Source of the DNA: an uncultured Candidatus Saccharibacteria bacterium
Lineage (GTDB): Bacteria > Patescibacteriota > Minisyncoccia > Portnoybacterales > UBA2143
Assembly (NCBI GenBank): GCA_964596615.1
Contig: CAZQUN010000004.1
Location: 432-64,431, forward strand
Reading direction: 5' to 3'
DNA length: 64,000 nt
The notes below the pieces were generated by a model, which searched no databases, was not told the origin of the DNA, and was given only the letters and a program-made list of their open reading frames with translations. Made by a program: the position numbers and the translations under genes. Shown piece by piece: positions 9,562 to 18,642 of the stretch; the first letter of the stretch is position 1; each line of letters starts with the position of its first letter.

Positions 9562-9633
9562 GGCCCTATCGTCTAGTGGTTAGGACGCCAGATTCTCAAT
9601 CTGGTAACCGGGGTTCAACTCCCCGTAGGGCTG
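9562..9633 (+). tRNA. tRNA-Glu (anticodon CUC)
   Basis: Acceptor GGCCCTA/TAGGGCT, D-arm GTC-TAGTGGTTAG-GAC, anticodon stem CCAGA/TCTGG with loop TTCTCAA, T-arm CGGGG-TTCAACT-CCCCG, discriminator G. Confidence 0.8.
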
Positions 9634-9644
9634 CGTGAAAGGAG

Positions 9645-9911
9645 GTGATAAAAATGGCGGAAGAAAAACCAGTTGGTAAAATTACTCACTACTTTACAAA
9701 TATTGGAGTAGCTGTTGTTGAAATTACCAATGGTCAATTAAAAGTAGGCGATAAGATTCATATTAAAGGAGCAACGAGCGATTTTGAGCAAAAGATTGAT
9801 TCGATGCAGGTAGAACACGAGAGTGTTGAAAAAGCCAAGAAGGGACAATCAATTGGCCTTAAGGTTGAACAACAAGCGCGGGAAGGTGACGAAGTCTTTA
9901 TAGCCAAGTAG
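9645..9911 (+). CDS. Small beta-barrel protein (EF-Tu domain-2-like / 'translation elongation factor-like') of unknown function
   Basis: 88 aa with a GGTGA RBS. The Gly/Val/Lys-rich pattern suggests a beta-barrel. Confidence 0.35.
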   Translation: MIKMAEEKPVGKITHYFTNIGVAVVEITNGQLKVGDKIHIKGATSDFEQKIDSMQVEHESVEKAKKGQSIGLKVEQQAREGDEVFIAK

Positions 9912-9914
9912 TTT

Positions 9915-10829
9915 TTGAATAATATGAAAAAGAAAAGGACCAGAATAAGGGGTCTGGCGCTTTTGTCTGGCGGCCTGGATTCTATTTTGGCAATAAAAAT
10001 TTTACAAGAGCAGGGGATTGAGGTGACTGGCTTATGTTTCGTCAGTTATTTTTTTAATTCAAGAGCAGCTGAAAAAGCAGCCAAGAAACTTAAAATTAAA
10101 TTAAAAATTATTGATTTTTCAGATGAGCATTTGGAAATTGTTAAGAAGCCCTGTTATGGCCATGGCAAGGCCGTCAATCCCTGTATTGACTGCCATCTTT
10201 TAATGATTAAAAAAGCCAAGGGAATAATGGAAAAAGAAGAATTTGATTTTGTTGCTACCGGTGAAGTTTTAGGCGAAAGACCTATGTCCCAGAACAAACA
10301 AGCTCTCGAACTGATTGAAAAAGAATCAGGCCTGAAAGGGTATTTACTCCGACCCTTATCAGCCAAACTTTTAAAAGCAACAATTTTAGAAGAAAAAGGA
10401 TTAATTAAAAGAGAACAACTTTTAGATATTTCCGGGAGAGGCAGAAAAAGACAAATGGCTCTAGCCAAAGAATATGGAATAAAGGACTATCCAACTCCGG
10501 CTGGCGGATGTCTTTTAACTGAAATTGAGTTTGGTAAAAAATTAAAAGAAATGCTTTCTCATTGGCCAAAGGCCAAAGGAAATGATATTAGATTATTAAG
10601 ATTCGGCCGCCATTTCTGGATTGAAGATAATTTAATTATTGTTGGCAGGAATAAGGAAGATAATGATAGAATAAAGGAACTTTCCCAAAAAGGAGATGTT
10701 TTGATTGAACCAAAGGAATTTCCCGGCCCAACAATTTTAATTAGAGGCAAAGAAAAGATTTTGGAAAAAAGTTTAATCCAGGCTAAAGATTTAATGATTA
10801 AATATTCTCCGAAATTAAGAAAAGAATGA
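9915..10829 (+). CDS. PP-loop ATP pyrophosphatase, ThiI-like tRNA sulfurtransferase catalytic domain without THUMP
   Basis: Has the PP-loop LLSGGLDS, a ThiI-like TGEVLGERPMSQ and LRPL, and conserved Cys in NPCIDCH. Confidence 0.5.
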   Translation: MNNMKKKRTRIRGLALLSGGLDSILAIKILQEQGIEVTGLCFVSYFFNSRAAEKAAKKLKIKLKIIDFSDEHLEIVKKPCYGHGKAVNPCIDCHLLMIKKAKGIMEKEEFDFVATGEVLGERPMSQNKQALELIEKESGLKGYLLRPLSAKLLKATILEEKGLIKREQLLDISGRGRKRQMALAKEYGIKDYPTPAGGCLLTEIEFGKKLKEMLSHWPKAKGNDIRLLRFGRHFWIEDNLIIVGRNKEDNDRIKELSQKGDVLIEPKEFPGPTILIRGKEKILEKSLIQAKDLMIKYSPKLRKE

Positions 10830-11569
10830 TTCCTTTTTTTTCGTACAATCAAATCCAAATTGGTCCGATTACTCTTTATCCCTGGGGATTTTTTATTGGC
10901 TTGGCTTTTTTAGTTGGCTATTTATTATCTCTAAACCAGGCTAAAAAGCAGGGGATAGAGGAAAAGAAAATTTTCTGGCTTTTTATCTGGATTTTTATCG
11001 GAATAATGGTTGGTTCCCGTCTATTCTACATTCTTCAATTTCCGAAACGATTTCTTGATAATCCAATAGATATTTTTAAATTCAGCGCCGGGGGATTAAT
11101 GCTTGCCGGCGGCCTTATCGGCGCTTTAATTCTAGGTGGACTTTATCTTAAAAAGGCTAAACTTAATTTTTTAAAAACAGCTGATATTTTAGCCCCGGCC
11201 ATTGCCTTAGGAATTTTTATTGGTCGGATTGGCTGTTTTTTGATTAATGACCATCAGGGAGGAATAACGAAATTGCCTTGGGCAATCCAGTGGGCAGATG
11301 GTAGTTTGCGTCATCCAATCGCTCTTTATTTATCCCTCAACGGATTAATTCTATTTTTTGTTTTATGGAAATTAAGAAAGAAATTAACTAAACCAGGCCA
11401 ATTGTTTTTTGTTTTTCTAATTTGGTACGCCATTTCCCGCTTTTCCCTTGATTTTCTAAGGGCAAGTGATACAGTATTAGCAGACCCTCATTATTGGGGT
11501 TTGACAATTAGCCAATGGCTTGGTCTAGGCGCTTTAACAATGCTGTACTTTTACAATAGTAAAAGATAA
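10826..11569 (+). CDS. lgt: Prolipoprotein diacylglyceryl transferase Lgt
   Basis: Polytopic membrane protein carrying the Lgt signature GRIGCFLINDHQG (GRxGNFxNxE-like). Confidence 0.65.
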   Translation: MIPFFSYNQIQIGPITLYPWGFFIGLAFLVGYLLSLNQAKKQGIEEKKIFWLFIWIFIGIMVGSRLFYILQFPKRFLDNPIDIFKFSAGGLMLAGGLIGALILGGLYLKKAKLNFLKTADILAPAIALGIFIGRIGCFLINDHQGGITKLPWAIQWADGSLRHPIALYLSLNGLILFFVLWKLRKKLTKPGQLFFVFLIWYAISRFSLDFLRASDTVLADPHYWGLTISQWLGLGALTMLYFYNSKR

Positions 11570-11591
11570 AAACTGAAAAAGAGGTTATAAA

Positions 11592-11825
11592 ATGTTTAGA
11601 ATATATGATCTTGTTGTAAGGAAGGATGGTTTTGTGGTGAGCGAAAAAGAAGTAACTCCTGTTTTTATAAGAAGCTTGGAAAACAGAAGTTTTAATGATG
11701 TTTTCGATGAATTTAAGAAATTTTTAGCCGAACGGGGAGAAAAATTCTTTTGTGCCTGGCTAAAAAGAAAAACAGATATTCATCTGTCTTTCTGGTTTAA
11801 AACCATAAAAACAAACATTAATTGA
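11592..11825 (+). CDS. Hypothetical protein
   Basis: 77 aa ORF with an RBS. Confidence 0.3.
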   Translation: MFRIYDLVVRKDGFVVSEKEVTPVFIRSLENRSFNDVFDEFKKFLAERGEKFFCAWLKRKTDIHLSFWFKTIKTNIN

Positions 11826-11841
11826 TAAGGAGGTATTTCAG

Positions 11842-12258
11842 ATGAACGAAAAAGAGATGAAGGCAGAAATAATGAGGAGAGAAGAAGCGACAGAAAAGAG
11901 GGTTAGAAAAGAAGAAGGGCCGAAAAAGTACCAATGGGGCATTGCGTGTCTTTTTGTCGGCGCAATTATCTGCATGATTATCGGCTTCAAATGGGGTGGC
12001 TGGGTGACTGGTGAGACTTCCCAAGAAACGGCAGAAGAAAAAGCCAAGGACGCTGTTATTGAACAGTTAGCGCCAATTTGTGTCTGGCAATTTAACCAGG
12101 ATCCGGAAAAAGATCAAAATCTCGCAGAGTTGAAAAAAAGATCCAGCTGGGACAGACGTAATTTTATAGAAAAGGGAGACTGGGCAACAATGCCAGGCGC
12201 TCAAAATCCCGTCGATGGCGTAGGAGAGAAGTGTGCCGAATTGCTTACGCCTGAATAA
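11842..12258 (+). CDS. Hypothetical membrane protein
   Basis: 138 aa with an AGGAGG RBS and one TM helix. Confidence 0.4.
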   Translation: MNEKEMKAEIMRREEATEKRVRKEEGPKKYQWGIACLFVGAIICMIIGFKWGGWVTGETSQETAEEKAKDAVIEQLAPICVWQFNQDPEKDQNLAELKKRSSWDRRNFIEKGDWATMPGAQNPVDGVGEKCAELLTPE

Positions 12259-12284
12259 ATTCGTTTCATTTAGGGACCAAAAGA

Positions 12285-12320
12285 GGCCGACCATCAACTT
12301 ATTAGTCGGCCCCTTTTTAT
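12285..12320 (+). terminator. Rho-independent terminator
   Basis: A GGCCGAC ... GTCGGCC 7-bp stem followed by CCTTTTTATT. Confidence 0.6.
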
Positions 12321-12359
12321 TCACTTAATCAATAATTTTCTTTATGGTATAATTTCCAT

Positions 12360-15032
12360 ATGGCAAAAGCTTGGCATAGTTTTTCAATTGAGCAGATTTT
12401 CCAGGAGGTTGGCTCAGGGTTTGACGGATTAAACCAGAAAGAAGCCGAAAGAAGATTAAAAAGATTTGGCTTTAACAGGCTTCCTGAAAAAAAGCCGGTT
12501 TCTAGATTGGAACTGCTTTTTGAACAGATAAAAAGTCCTCTTATCTATATTCTTTTAATTGCCGGCGTTATTACATTAGCTTTGGGAGAAAAAACTGATA
12601 CAATTGTCATTTTTGGCGCTGTTATTCTAAACGCTCTGGTCGGCTATTTCCAGGAGGTTAAGGCCAATCAATCACTGAGTAAATTAAGAAAAGTTCTGAG
12701 AACAAAAGCGATTGTTATCAGAAATGGAGATGAAAAAGAAATTCCTCAGGGAAGACTTGTTCCTGGGGATGTTGTTTTTCTAAGAGCGGGGAATAAGGTT
12801 CCGGCTGACGGAAGAGTAATTGAAAATTGTAATTTAAGAATTAACGAAGCTTCCTTAACCGGCGAATGGTTGCCAGCGGATAAAACAACCAATGTTTTTC
12901 CGGAAAAAACTTCCTTAGCCGACAGAGATAATATGGTCTATATGGGAACAGTTGTTGAGAGCGGCTGGGGCAAGGCAGTTATTGTCAGTACCGGAACTAA
13001 CGCTCAAATCGGCCGGGTCGCAGAAGCAATCAAAGAAACCAAGGAAAAGAAAACGCCCTACCAAAAGAAGTTATCTAATTTCAGCAGAATTATCGGATTA
13101 GTTATCCTTTTTATTGCCTCAGCTATTTTTCTTGAAGGGATAATAACTGAGCATAGTTTTGTTGAAATGTTTACTACTTCTGTTGCTGTCGCAGTTGCGG
13201 CAGTCCCTGAGGGCCTGCCTGTTGCCATGACCGTTATTCTAGCCCTGGGCATGCAGAGAATTTTAAAAAGAAAAGGACTGGTCAGGAAACTGGCTTCAGC
13301 TGAAACCCTGGGCAGCACTTCTGTTATTTTAACCGATAAGACCGGGACGCTAACCGAAGCTAAAATGGAAGTTGCCGGTATCTATACCGGAACAAGAGAA
13401 CTTTTAGGCGACCAGCTGAATCATAAATTTAATGGAGAGAGTAATCATTCCCATGTTCATCTTCTAGAGATTGCCATGCTTTGCAACGAGGCCTTTATTG
13501 AAAACCTTGAAAAACCAACTGAGAAATGGATTATCCGGGGAAGACCAACTGAAAAAGCCCTGCTTTTGGCAGGAATCCGGTTTGGCTTGTCCAAAAAGGA
13601 AATCTTAAAAAGAGAAGCTTTAATTGATCGTTTTCTTTTTGATCCGATTTATAAATATGCGGCTTGTCTTCATAAATTCAATAATGAAGAGAATATTTTA
13701 TACGCTGTTGGTTCGCCGGAAATTATCCTTTCCTCTTCAACATATTTAGACAACGATGGCCAGGAAAAAGAACTACTTCTATCTGATTTTGATAAAATCA
13801 AGAAGAAAATTGATAATTTAACTGATAGTGGTCTAAGGGTTGTCGCAGTTGCCTATAAAAAAACAAGGGAAAAAGAGATAAAGAAAAAAGGAGAAAACAA
13901 GCTGGAAGAAATGGTTTTTGTTGGTTTCCTTTCTCTTCATGACCCGATTAGAAAGGAAACTAAAGCGGTCATGGATGTCTGTCGCCGGGCAGGAATGAAG
14001 CCGATTATTGTCACCGGCGACCATAAATTAACAGCCAAGAAAGTAGCGAACAAACTTGGTTTCCCGGTTGAAGATGAAAATATTCTTGAAGGAAAAGAAC
14101 TTGAACAAATGGATGATATGGAATTTGAAAGAAAAATCAGAAAAATTCATGTTTATGCCCGGGTTGAGCCAAAACAGAAATTAAGAATTGTTCAAGCCTG
14201 GCAAAAAAGGGGAGAGGTCGTTGCTATGACCGGCGATGGCATTAATGATGCCCCGGCTCTTTCCCAGGCTGATATCGGCGTTGCTCTTGGCTCTGGAACC
14301 GATGTCGCCAAAGAGGTCTCTGATATGGTTCTTTTAACTGATAATTTTAATGTTATTGTTGCCGCTATTGAAGAAGGCCGGGCAATTATTGACAATATCA
14401 GGAAAGTTATTGTCTATCTATTATCCGACAGTTTTGCCGAAGTCATATTAGTCGGAACCAGTTTACTTCTTGGTTTGCCTTTGCCAATTCTGGCCGCCCA
14501 GATTTTATGGGTTAATTTAATTGAAGATGGACCAATGAGCATTGCCCTGGCTTTTGAAAAAAAAGAAAAGGATACTATGAAGCAGAAGCCAAGAAATTAC
14601 AGCTCTTTTCTTTTAACCAAAGAAATGAAAGTCCTGATATTCATTATCGGCTTTCTAACAGACGTTTTCTTATTGGGTCTCTTTTTCTGGCTTTTGAAAT
14701 ATTCCAGTTATGATATTACCCATATTAGGTCAATCATCTTTGCCGGCTTAACGATTGATTCGCTTTTCTACATTTTTTCCTGTAAAAGTTTAAGAAGGAA
14801 TATTTGGCAGATTAATCTGTTTTTAAATAAGTTTCTGCTTTTCTCCTGGGTTTTTGGCATTTTCATGCTTTTAATTGCTATCTATGTTCCGTTTTTCCAG
14901 AATCTCTTGAAAACAGTTCCGTTAAATCTATTTGACTGGGGTTTGGTTTTAACCCTTGGAGCGATTAATATATTATTAATTGAATTAACTAAATACTTTT
15001 TCATTTCCCGAAGAATTGAAAAGAAAATATGA
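12360..15032 (+). CDS. P-type cation-transporting ATPase (Ca2+-ATPase, P2A-like)
   Basis: 890 aa with the phosphorylation motif DKTGTLT, TGES, hinge GDGINDAPAL and 10 TM segments. Confidence 0.9.
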   Translation: MAKAWHSFSIEQIFQEVGSGFDGLNQKEAERRLKRFGFNRLPEKKPVSRLELLFEQIKSPLIYILLIAGVITLALGEKTDTIVIFGAVILNALVGYFQEVKANQSLSKLRKVLRTKAIVIRNGDEKEIPQGRLVPGDVVFLRAGNKVPADGRVIENCNLRINEASLTGEWLPADKTTNVFPEKTSLADRDNMVYMGTVVESGWGKAVIVSTGTNAQIGRVAEAIKETKEKKTPYQKKLSNFSRIIGLVILFIASAIFLEGIITEHSFVEMFTTSVAVAVAAVPEGLPVAMTVILALGMQRILKRKGLVRKLASAETLGSTSVILTDKTGTLTEAKMEVAGIYTGTRELLGDQLNHKFNGESNHSHVHLLEIAMLCNEAFIENLEKPTEKWIIRGRPTEKALLLAGIRFGLSKKEILKREALIDRFLFDPIYKYAACLHKFNNEENILYAVGSPEIILSSSTYLDNDGQEKELLLSDFDKIKKKIDNLTDSGLRVVAVAYKKTREKEIKKKGENKLEEMVFVGFLSLHDPIRKETKAVMDVCRRAGMKPIIVTGDHKLTAKKVANKLGFPVEDENILEGKELEQMDDMEFERKIRKIHVYARVEPKQKLRIVQAWQKRGEVVAMTGDGINDAPALSQADIGVALGSGTDVAKEVSDMVLLTDNFNVIVAAIEEGRAIIDNIRKVIVYLLSDSFAEVILVGTSLLLGLPLPILAAQILWVNLIEDGPMSIALAFEKKEKDTMKQKPRNYSSFLLTKEMKVLIFIIGFLTDVFLLGLFFWLLKYSSYDITHIRSIIFAGLTIDSLFYIFSCKSLRRNIWQINLFLNKFLLFSWVFGIFMLLIAIYVPFFQNLLKTVPLNLFDWGLVLTLGAINILLIELTKYFFISRRIEKKI

Positions 15033-15982
15033 TTTTTCTCTACATTGCCATTTTAATCCTTTCTTTTTTTACCCTGGCTTTTTCAAGTGGGTGGCTGGTC
15101 AGGTCATTAACCAGGGTTGCTAAGTTTTTGGGTTGGAAAGAATTTGTTGTTGCTTTTTTCACTATGGCTCTAGCCAGCTCCGTTCCTAATCTTTCGGTTG
15201 GAATAAGCTCGGCTTTGCATAAAATTCCGTCCCTGGCTTTCGGAGAAATTGTTGGTAACAATATTATTGATTTATCTTTGGCCGTTGCTTTAGCCGCCCT
15301 GATTGCCAAAGGGGGATTAAGTTTGTCGAGTCGGACTGTCCAGGGAAGCGGAATATTCACCATCTTTATTGCCGCCCTGCCGTTGTTTCTAGCCATGGAT
15401 GGAGAAATCACCAAATCAGACGGCTTTGTTTTAATCCTGACCTTCCTCGTCTATATCTCCTGGCTCTTTAGTAAAAAAGAAAGATACGGGAAGATATATG
15501 ATCATAGTATCAAAATGAGTCTGGGTATGTTTTTTAAAAATATTGTTAATATGGTTTTAGCGGTTTCTCTTTTGGTTCTGGCCGCTGAAGGAATCGTTCG
15601 TTCAGCAATATATTTTTCAGAGATTCTCTTTCTGCCAATTGCTTTAGTCGGCGTTTTAATTGTTGGATTGGGCAATGCTCTGCCCGAAATCTTCTTTAGT
15701 GTTCAGGCAGCCAGAAGGGGAGAAGATTGGGTTGTTATCGGAAACCTAATGGGTTCGGTCATTATTACCGCTACTCTTGCCCTGGGAATAGTCGCTCTGA
15801 TTGAACCAATAGTTATTAAGGCCATTTCTCCTTTTGTTATTGCCAGGTTTTTCCTGATAATTTCAGCTATCTTTTTCCTCCTATTCCTTAGAACCGGAAA
15901 AAGGATTGACAGAAAAGAAGCTGTCTTTTTGCTCCTTATTTACATTGCCTTTGTCCTGGCTGAAGTTTTGTTTTTGAAATAG
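15029..15982 (+). CDS. Ca2+/cation antiporter (CaCA family, YrbG-like)
   Basis: 317 aa with two alpha-repeat motifs (GNNIIDLSLAV and GNALPEIFFSV) and 10 TM segments. Overlaps the ATPase stop by 4 nt. Confidence 0.75.
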   Translation: MIFLYIAILILSFFTLAFSSGWLVRSLTRVAKFLGWKEFVVAFFTMALASSVPNLSVGISSALHKIPSLAFGEIVGNNIIDLSLAVALAALIAKGGLSLSSRTVQGSGIFTIFIAALPLFLAMDGEITKSDGFVLILTFLVYISWLFSKKERYGKIYDHSIKMSLGMFFKNIVNMVLAVSLLVLAAEGIVRSAIYFSEILFLPIALVGVLIVGLGNALPEIFFSVQAARRGEDWVVIGNLMGSVIITATLALGIVALIEPIVIKAISPFVIARFFLIISAIFFLLFLRTGKRIDRKEAVFLLLIYIAFVLAEVLFLK

Positions 15983-16039
15983 AAAGGCCATTCTTTTTAG
16001 ATTAGAATGACCTTTTAGAAAGCCTTTTGGTTAGCTCGC

Positions 16040-16288
16040 TTAACGGCAAGTCCGTTTTCCTGTAAAAAGCATTTTTTCGTATCTCTTTTCGGAAATGGGT
16101 CGAATAGAAATAGTTTCTCCAGATGATTTTTTGGCCACTTCGAGCCAGTAAAGATCGCAATTCGAAGCAGTACATATCCGCCAATTTTTCTTTCTAACGC
16201 TTATTTCATTAGGGAATGGGTCTGTTGCGTCTTTTAACTCCCCACCACATTTGAAACAAAAAGGCATTTTCCCCTCCTTTTTCATCAT
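16040..16288 (-). CDS. Hypothetical zinc-ribbon protein
   Basis: 82 aa with paired CxxC motifs (CFKCGG ... CTASNC). Confidence 0.35.
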   Translation of the reverse strand: MMKKEGKMPFCFKCGGELKDATDPFPNEISVRKKNWRICTASNCDLYWLEVAKKSSGETISIRPISEKRYEKMLFTGKRTCR

Positions 16289-16332
16289 ATTTTTTGATAG
16301 TTATAAGTAACATATTTTCATAAAAAAAGCAA

Positions 16333-17400
16333 TTGCTTTTTTCCTTTTTCTGTGCTAAATTGGTTTTCATGGAATACTTGGTTATTCTACTTTTGTTTGT
16401 TGTTGTTATCAGTTCTTCCCTGATTATTTTTTTACTATTAAGAAGAAGGCCGGAAAAACAAGATAGCCAATCACTTTTAATGCTTCAGGAACAGATTGGC
16501 CAGTTAAACCAGGCAGTTGATAGTAAATTATCCGAATCAGCCAGGGCAATGCAGACCCAATTTGGTCAAAGCGCTAAAATTGTCCGGGACGTAACCGAGA
16601 GATTAACTAAATTAGATGATACTAATAAACGGGTGGTTGATTTTGCCAAGCAGATGCAGTCCTTGGAGAATATTCTGACCAATCCAAAACAAAGAGGTGT
16701 CTTAGGAGAATATTTCCTGGAAACAGTTTTAAAGAATGTTTTGCCTCCGGATTCCTACAAAGTCCAATATTCTTTTAAAGACGGAACCATAGTTGACGCA
16801 GTCGTATTTATTGATAAACAGATTATTCCGATTGATTCGAAGTTTTCCTTAGAGAATTATAATAGGATTTTGGATAGCCAGAGTTCTGAAGAGAAAAAAA
16901 GATACGAAGCTGCTTTTATTAACGACTTAAAATTCAGGATTGACGAAACTTCAAAATATGTTAAGCCAGAGGAAAGAACGATGGACTTTGCCTTTATGTA
17001 TATTCCTTCAGAAGCAGTTTATTACGACCTCTTGATTAATAAGGTTGGGGCAGTTAGAGGTGATACTAATAATCTGGTTTCTTACGCCGGGAGAAAGAAA
17101 GTCATAATAGTTTCTCCAACTTCTTTTCTTGCCTATTTACAAACTGTTTTACAAGGATTAAGAAGGCAAAAGATTTCTGAACAGGCCATGGGGATAGTAA
17201 AGGAAGTTGAAAGGCTTGGAAAACACCTGGGGGCATACAATCAACACATGCAGAAATTAGGAAATCACTTGACAACAACCGTTGGAAGTTATAATAGGGC
17301 TAATAAAGAACTTAAAAAAGTTGATAAAGATGTGGTTAAAATTACCGATGGAAAACCACAAATAGAGGCAGAAGAAATAGAAAAACCATTATTAGAATAA
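16333..17400 (+). CDS. rmuC: DNA recombination protein RmuC
   Basis: N-terminal TM and coiled coil, then the RmuC signature TNPKQRGVLGEYFLETVL. The true start may be the internal Met MEYLV at 16372. Confidence 0.6.
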   Translation: MLFSFFCAKLVFMEYLVILLLFVVVISSSLIIFLLLRRRPEKQDSQSLLMLQEQIGQLNQAVDSKLSESARAMQTQFGQSAKIVRDVTERLTKLDDTNKRVVDFAKQMQSLENILTNPKQRGVLGEYFLETVLKNVLPPDSYKVQYSFKDGTIVDAVVFIDKQIIPIDSKFSLENYNRILDSQSSEEKKRYEAAFINDLKFRIDETSKYVKPEERTMDFAFMYIPSEAVYYDLLINKVGAVRGDTNNLVSYAGRKKVIIVSPTSFLAYLQTVLQGLRRQKISEQAMGIVKEVERLGKHLGAYNQHMQKLGNHLTTTVGSYNRANKELKKVDKDVVKITDGKPQIEAEEIEKPLLE

Positions 17401-17401
17401 T

Positions 17402-17713
17402 ATGTTTGCAGTCATCAAGACCGGGGGAAAACAATATTTGGTTTCTCCGGGCGATAAAATTAAGATAGAAAAGATAGATGCCGAAGAGGGCAAAGAAGTT
17501 TTATTTGGCGAAGTTTTGTTATTAGAAAAAGGGAAATCAATTAAAATTGGGACCCCTTTAGTTAAAGGGGCCAAAGTGACAGGAAAAGTTTTAAAACAGG
17601 ATAAAGCCAAGAAAGTTATAATTTTAAAATACAAACCTAAAAAACGTTCTCAAACAAAAAAAGGGCACCGACAGCCCTTTACCGAGGTAGAGATTTTAAA
17701 GATTGAATCTTAA
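17402..17713 (+). CDS. rplU: 50S ribosomal protein L21
   Basis: Starts MFAVIKTGGKQYLVSPGDKIKIEKI and ends with a basic tail. Confidence 0.9.
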   Translation: MFAVIKTGGKQYLVSPGDKIKIEKIDAEEGKEVLFGEVLLLEKGKSIKIGTPLVKGAKVTGKVLKQDKAKKVIILKYKPKKRSQTKKGHRQPFTEVEILKIES

Positions 17714-18056
17714 CAACCACTCATTGATCAAGGAGGTCGATATGGGTATTTCAGTTAAAAGAGGACATAAGGCGGCAGTGAGGATAATCTCGCACCTTAT
17801 TTTCCTATTAACCCCTTTATTTATTTGGTGGCAGGGACAGGATTTATTTGGCTGGTCGCCATGGCTATTATACTTCCTGCAGGTCGGTCTTTGGAGCCCG
17901 TTCGTTGTTATCTATGCAGTAAAAGATTATTTCAGTTTTCCTGCCGGGGTCGCATATTATGAGTTTCATGAATGGAGAGAAATCCCAATGGAATTTTTAT
18001 TCCCTCATGTTGAGTTAGTTTTAGGCAAATTGGGGGAGGATCTATTTCCTTCCTAA
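17703..18056 (+). CDS. Hypothetical membrane protein
   Basis: 117 aa with TM helices. It sits where prp/rpmA usually follow rplU. Confidence 0.3.
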   Translation: MNLNNHSLIKEVDMGISVKRGHKAAVRIISHLIFLLTPLFIWWQGQDLFGWSPWLLYFLQVGLWSPFVVIYAVKDYFSFPAGVAYYEFHEWREIPMEFLFPHVELVLGKLGEDLFPS

Positions 18057-18641
18057 AAAGGCACTACCTAAGGTATGTTCGTCTATGTATTCAAGATCGG
18101 AGCCGGTTGATAGCCCTCGCGCCAATCGGCTCGTTTTTATTTCCAACCCCCCAAGCATTCTTTCAATATATAAAGCCGTAGTATCTCCCTCGGTTGTCGG
18201 ACTAAAAGCGAATATAATTTCCTTTATCTCTGGCTGGGATTTTTTAATTCTAGAAATTAATTGATTAATTTTCAAGTTTTCCGGGCCAATGCCATTTCCC
18301 GGAGAAATTAATCCGCCTAAAACATGATAAAGTCCATGATATTGTTTGGTTTTTTCAATCGGAATAATATTCAAAAGATTTTCAACCAAACAGAGAGTTG
18401 ATTTATCTCTTTTGCCATCAAGGCAAATTGGACAGAAATTCTTGCTTTTTTCAGTCAGGTTATAGCATTGGGGACAAAGATTAATTTCAGTTTTAAGATT
18501 TTTAACAGCCAAAGAAAAATCATCTAATTCTTTTTGATTCTGATTAAGCAAATGAAAAACCATCCGAGTCGCAGATCTCGGTCCAATTTCCGGCAATTTG
18601 GATAACTCATTGATAAGTTTTTGAACTGATTTTGGAAACAT
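18042..18641 (-). CDS. recR: Recombination protein RecR
   Basis: Has the HhH motif PGIGPRSATR, a C4 zinc finger CPQCYNLTEKSKNFCPIC and a Toprim domain. The start is trimmed to the MFPKS codon at 18641, directly after the dnaB stop; the six-frame ORF extends to 18755. Confidence 0.85.
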   Translation of the reverse strand: MFPKSVQKLINELSKLPEIGPRSATRMVFHLLNQNQKELDDFSLAVKNLKTEINLCPQCYNLTEKSKNFCPICLDGKRDKSTLCLVENLLNIIPIEKTKQYHGLYHVLGGLISPGNGIGPENLKINQLISRIKKSQPEIKEIIFAFSPTTEGDTTALYIERMLGGLEIKTSRLARGLSTGSDLEYIDEHTLGSAFLGRK

Positions 18642-18642
18642 A

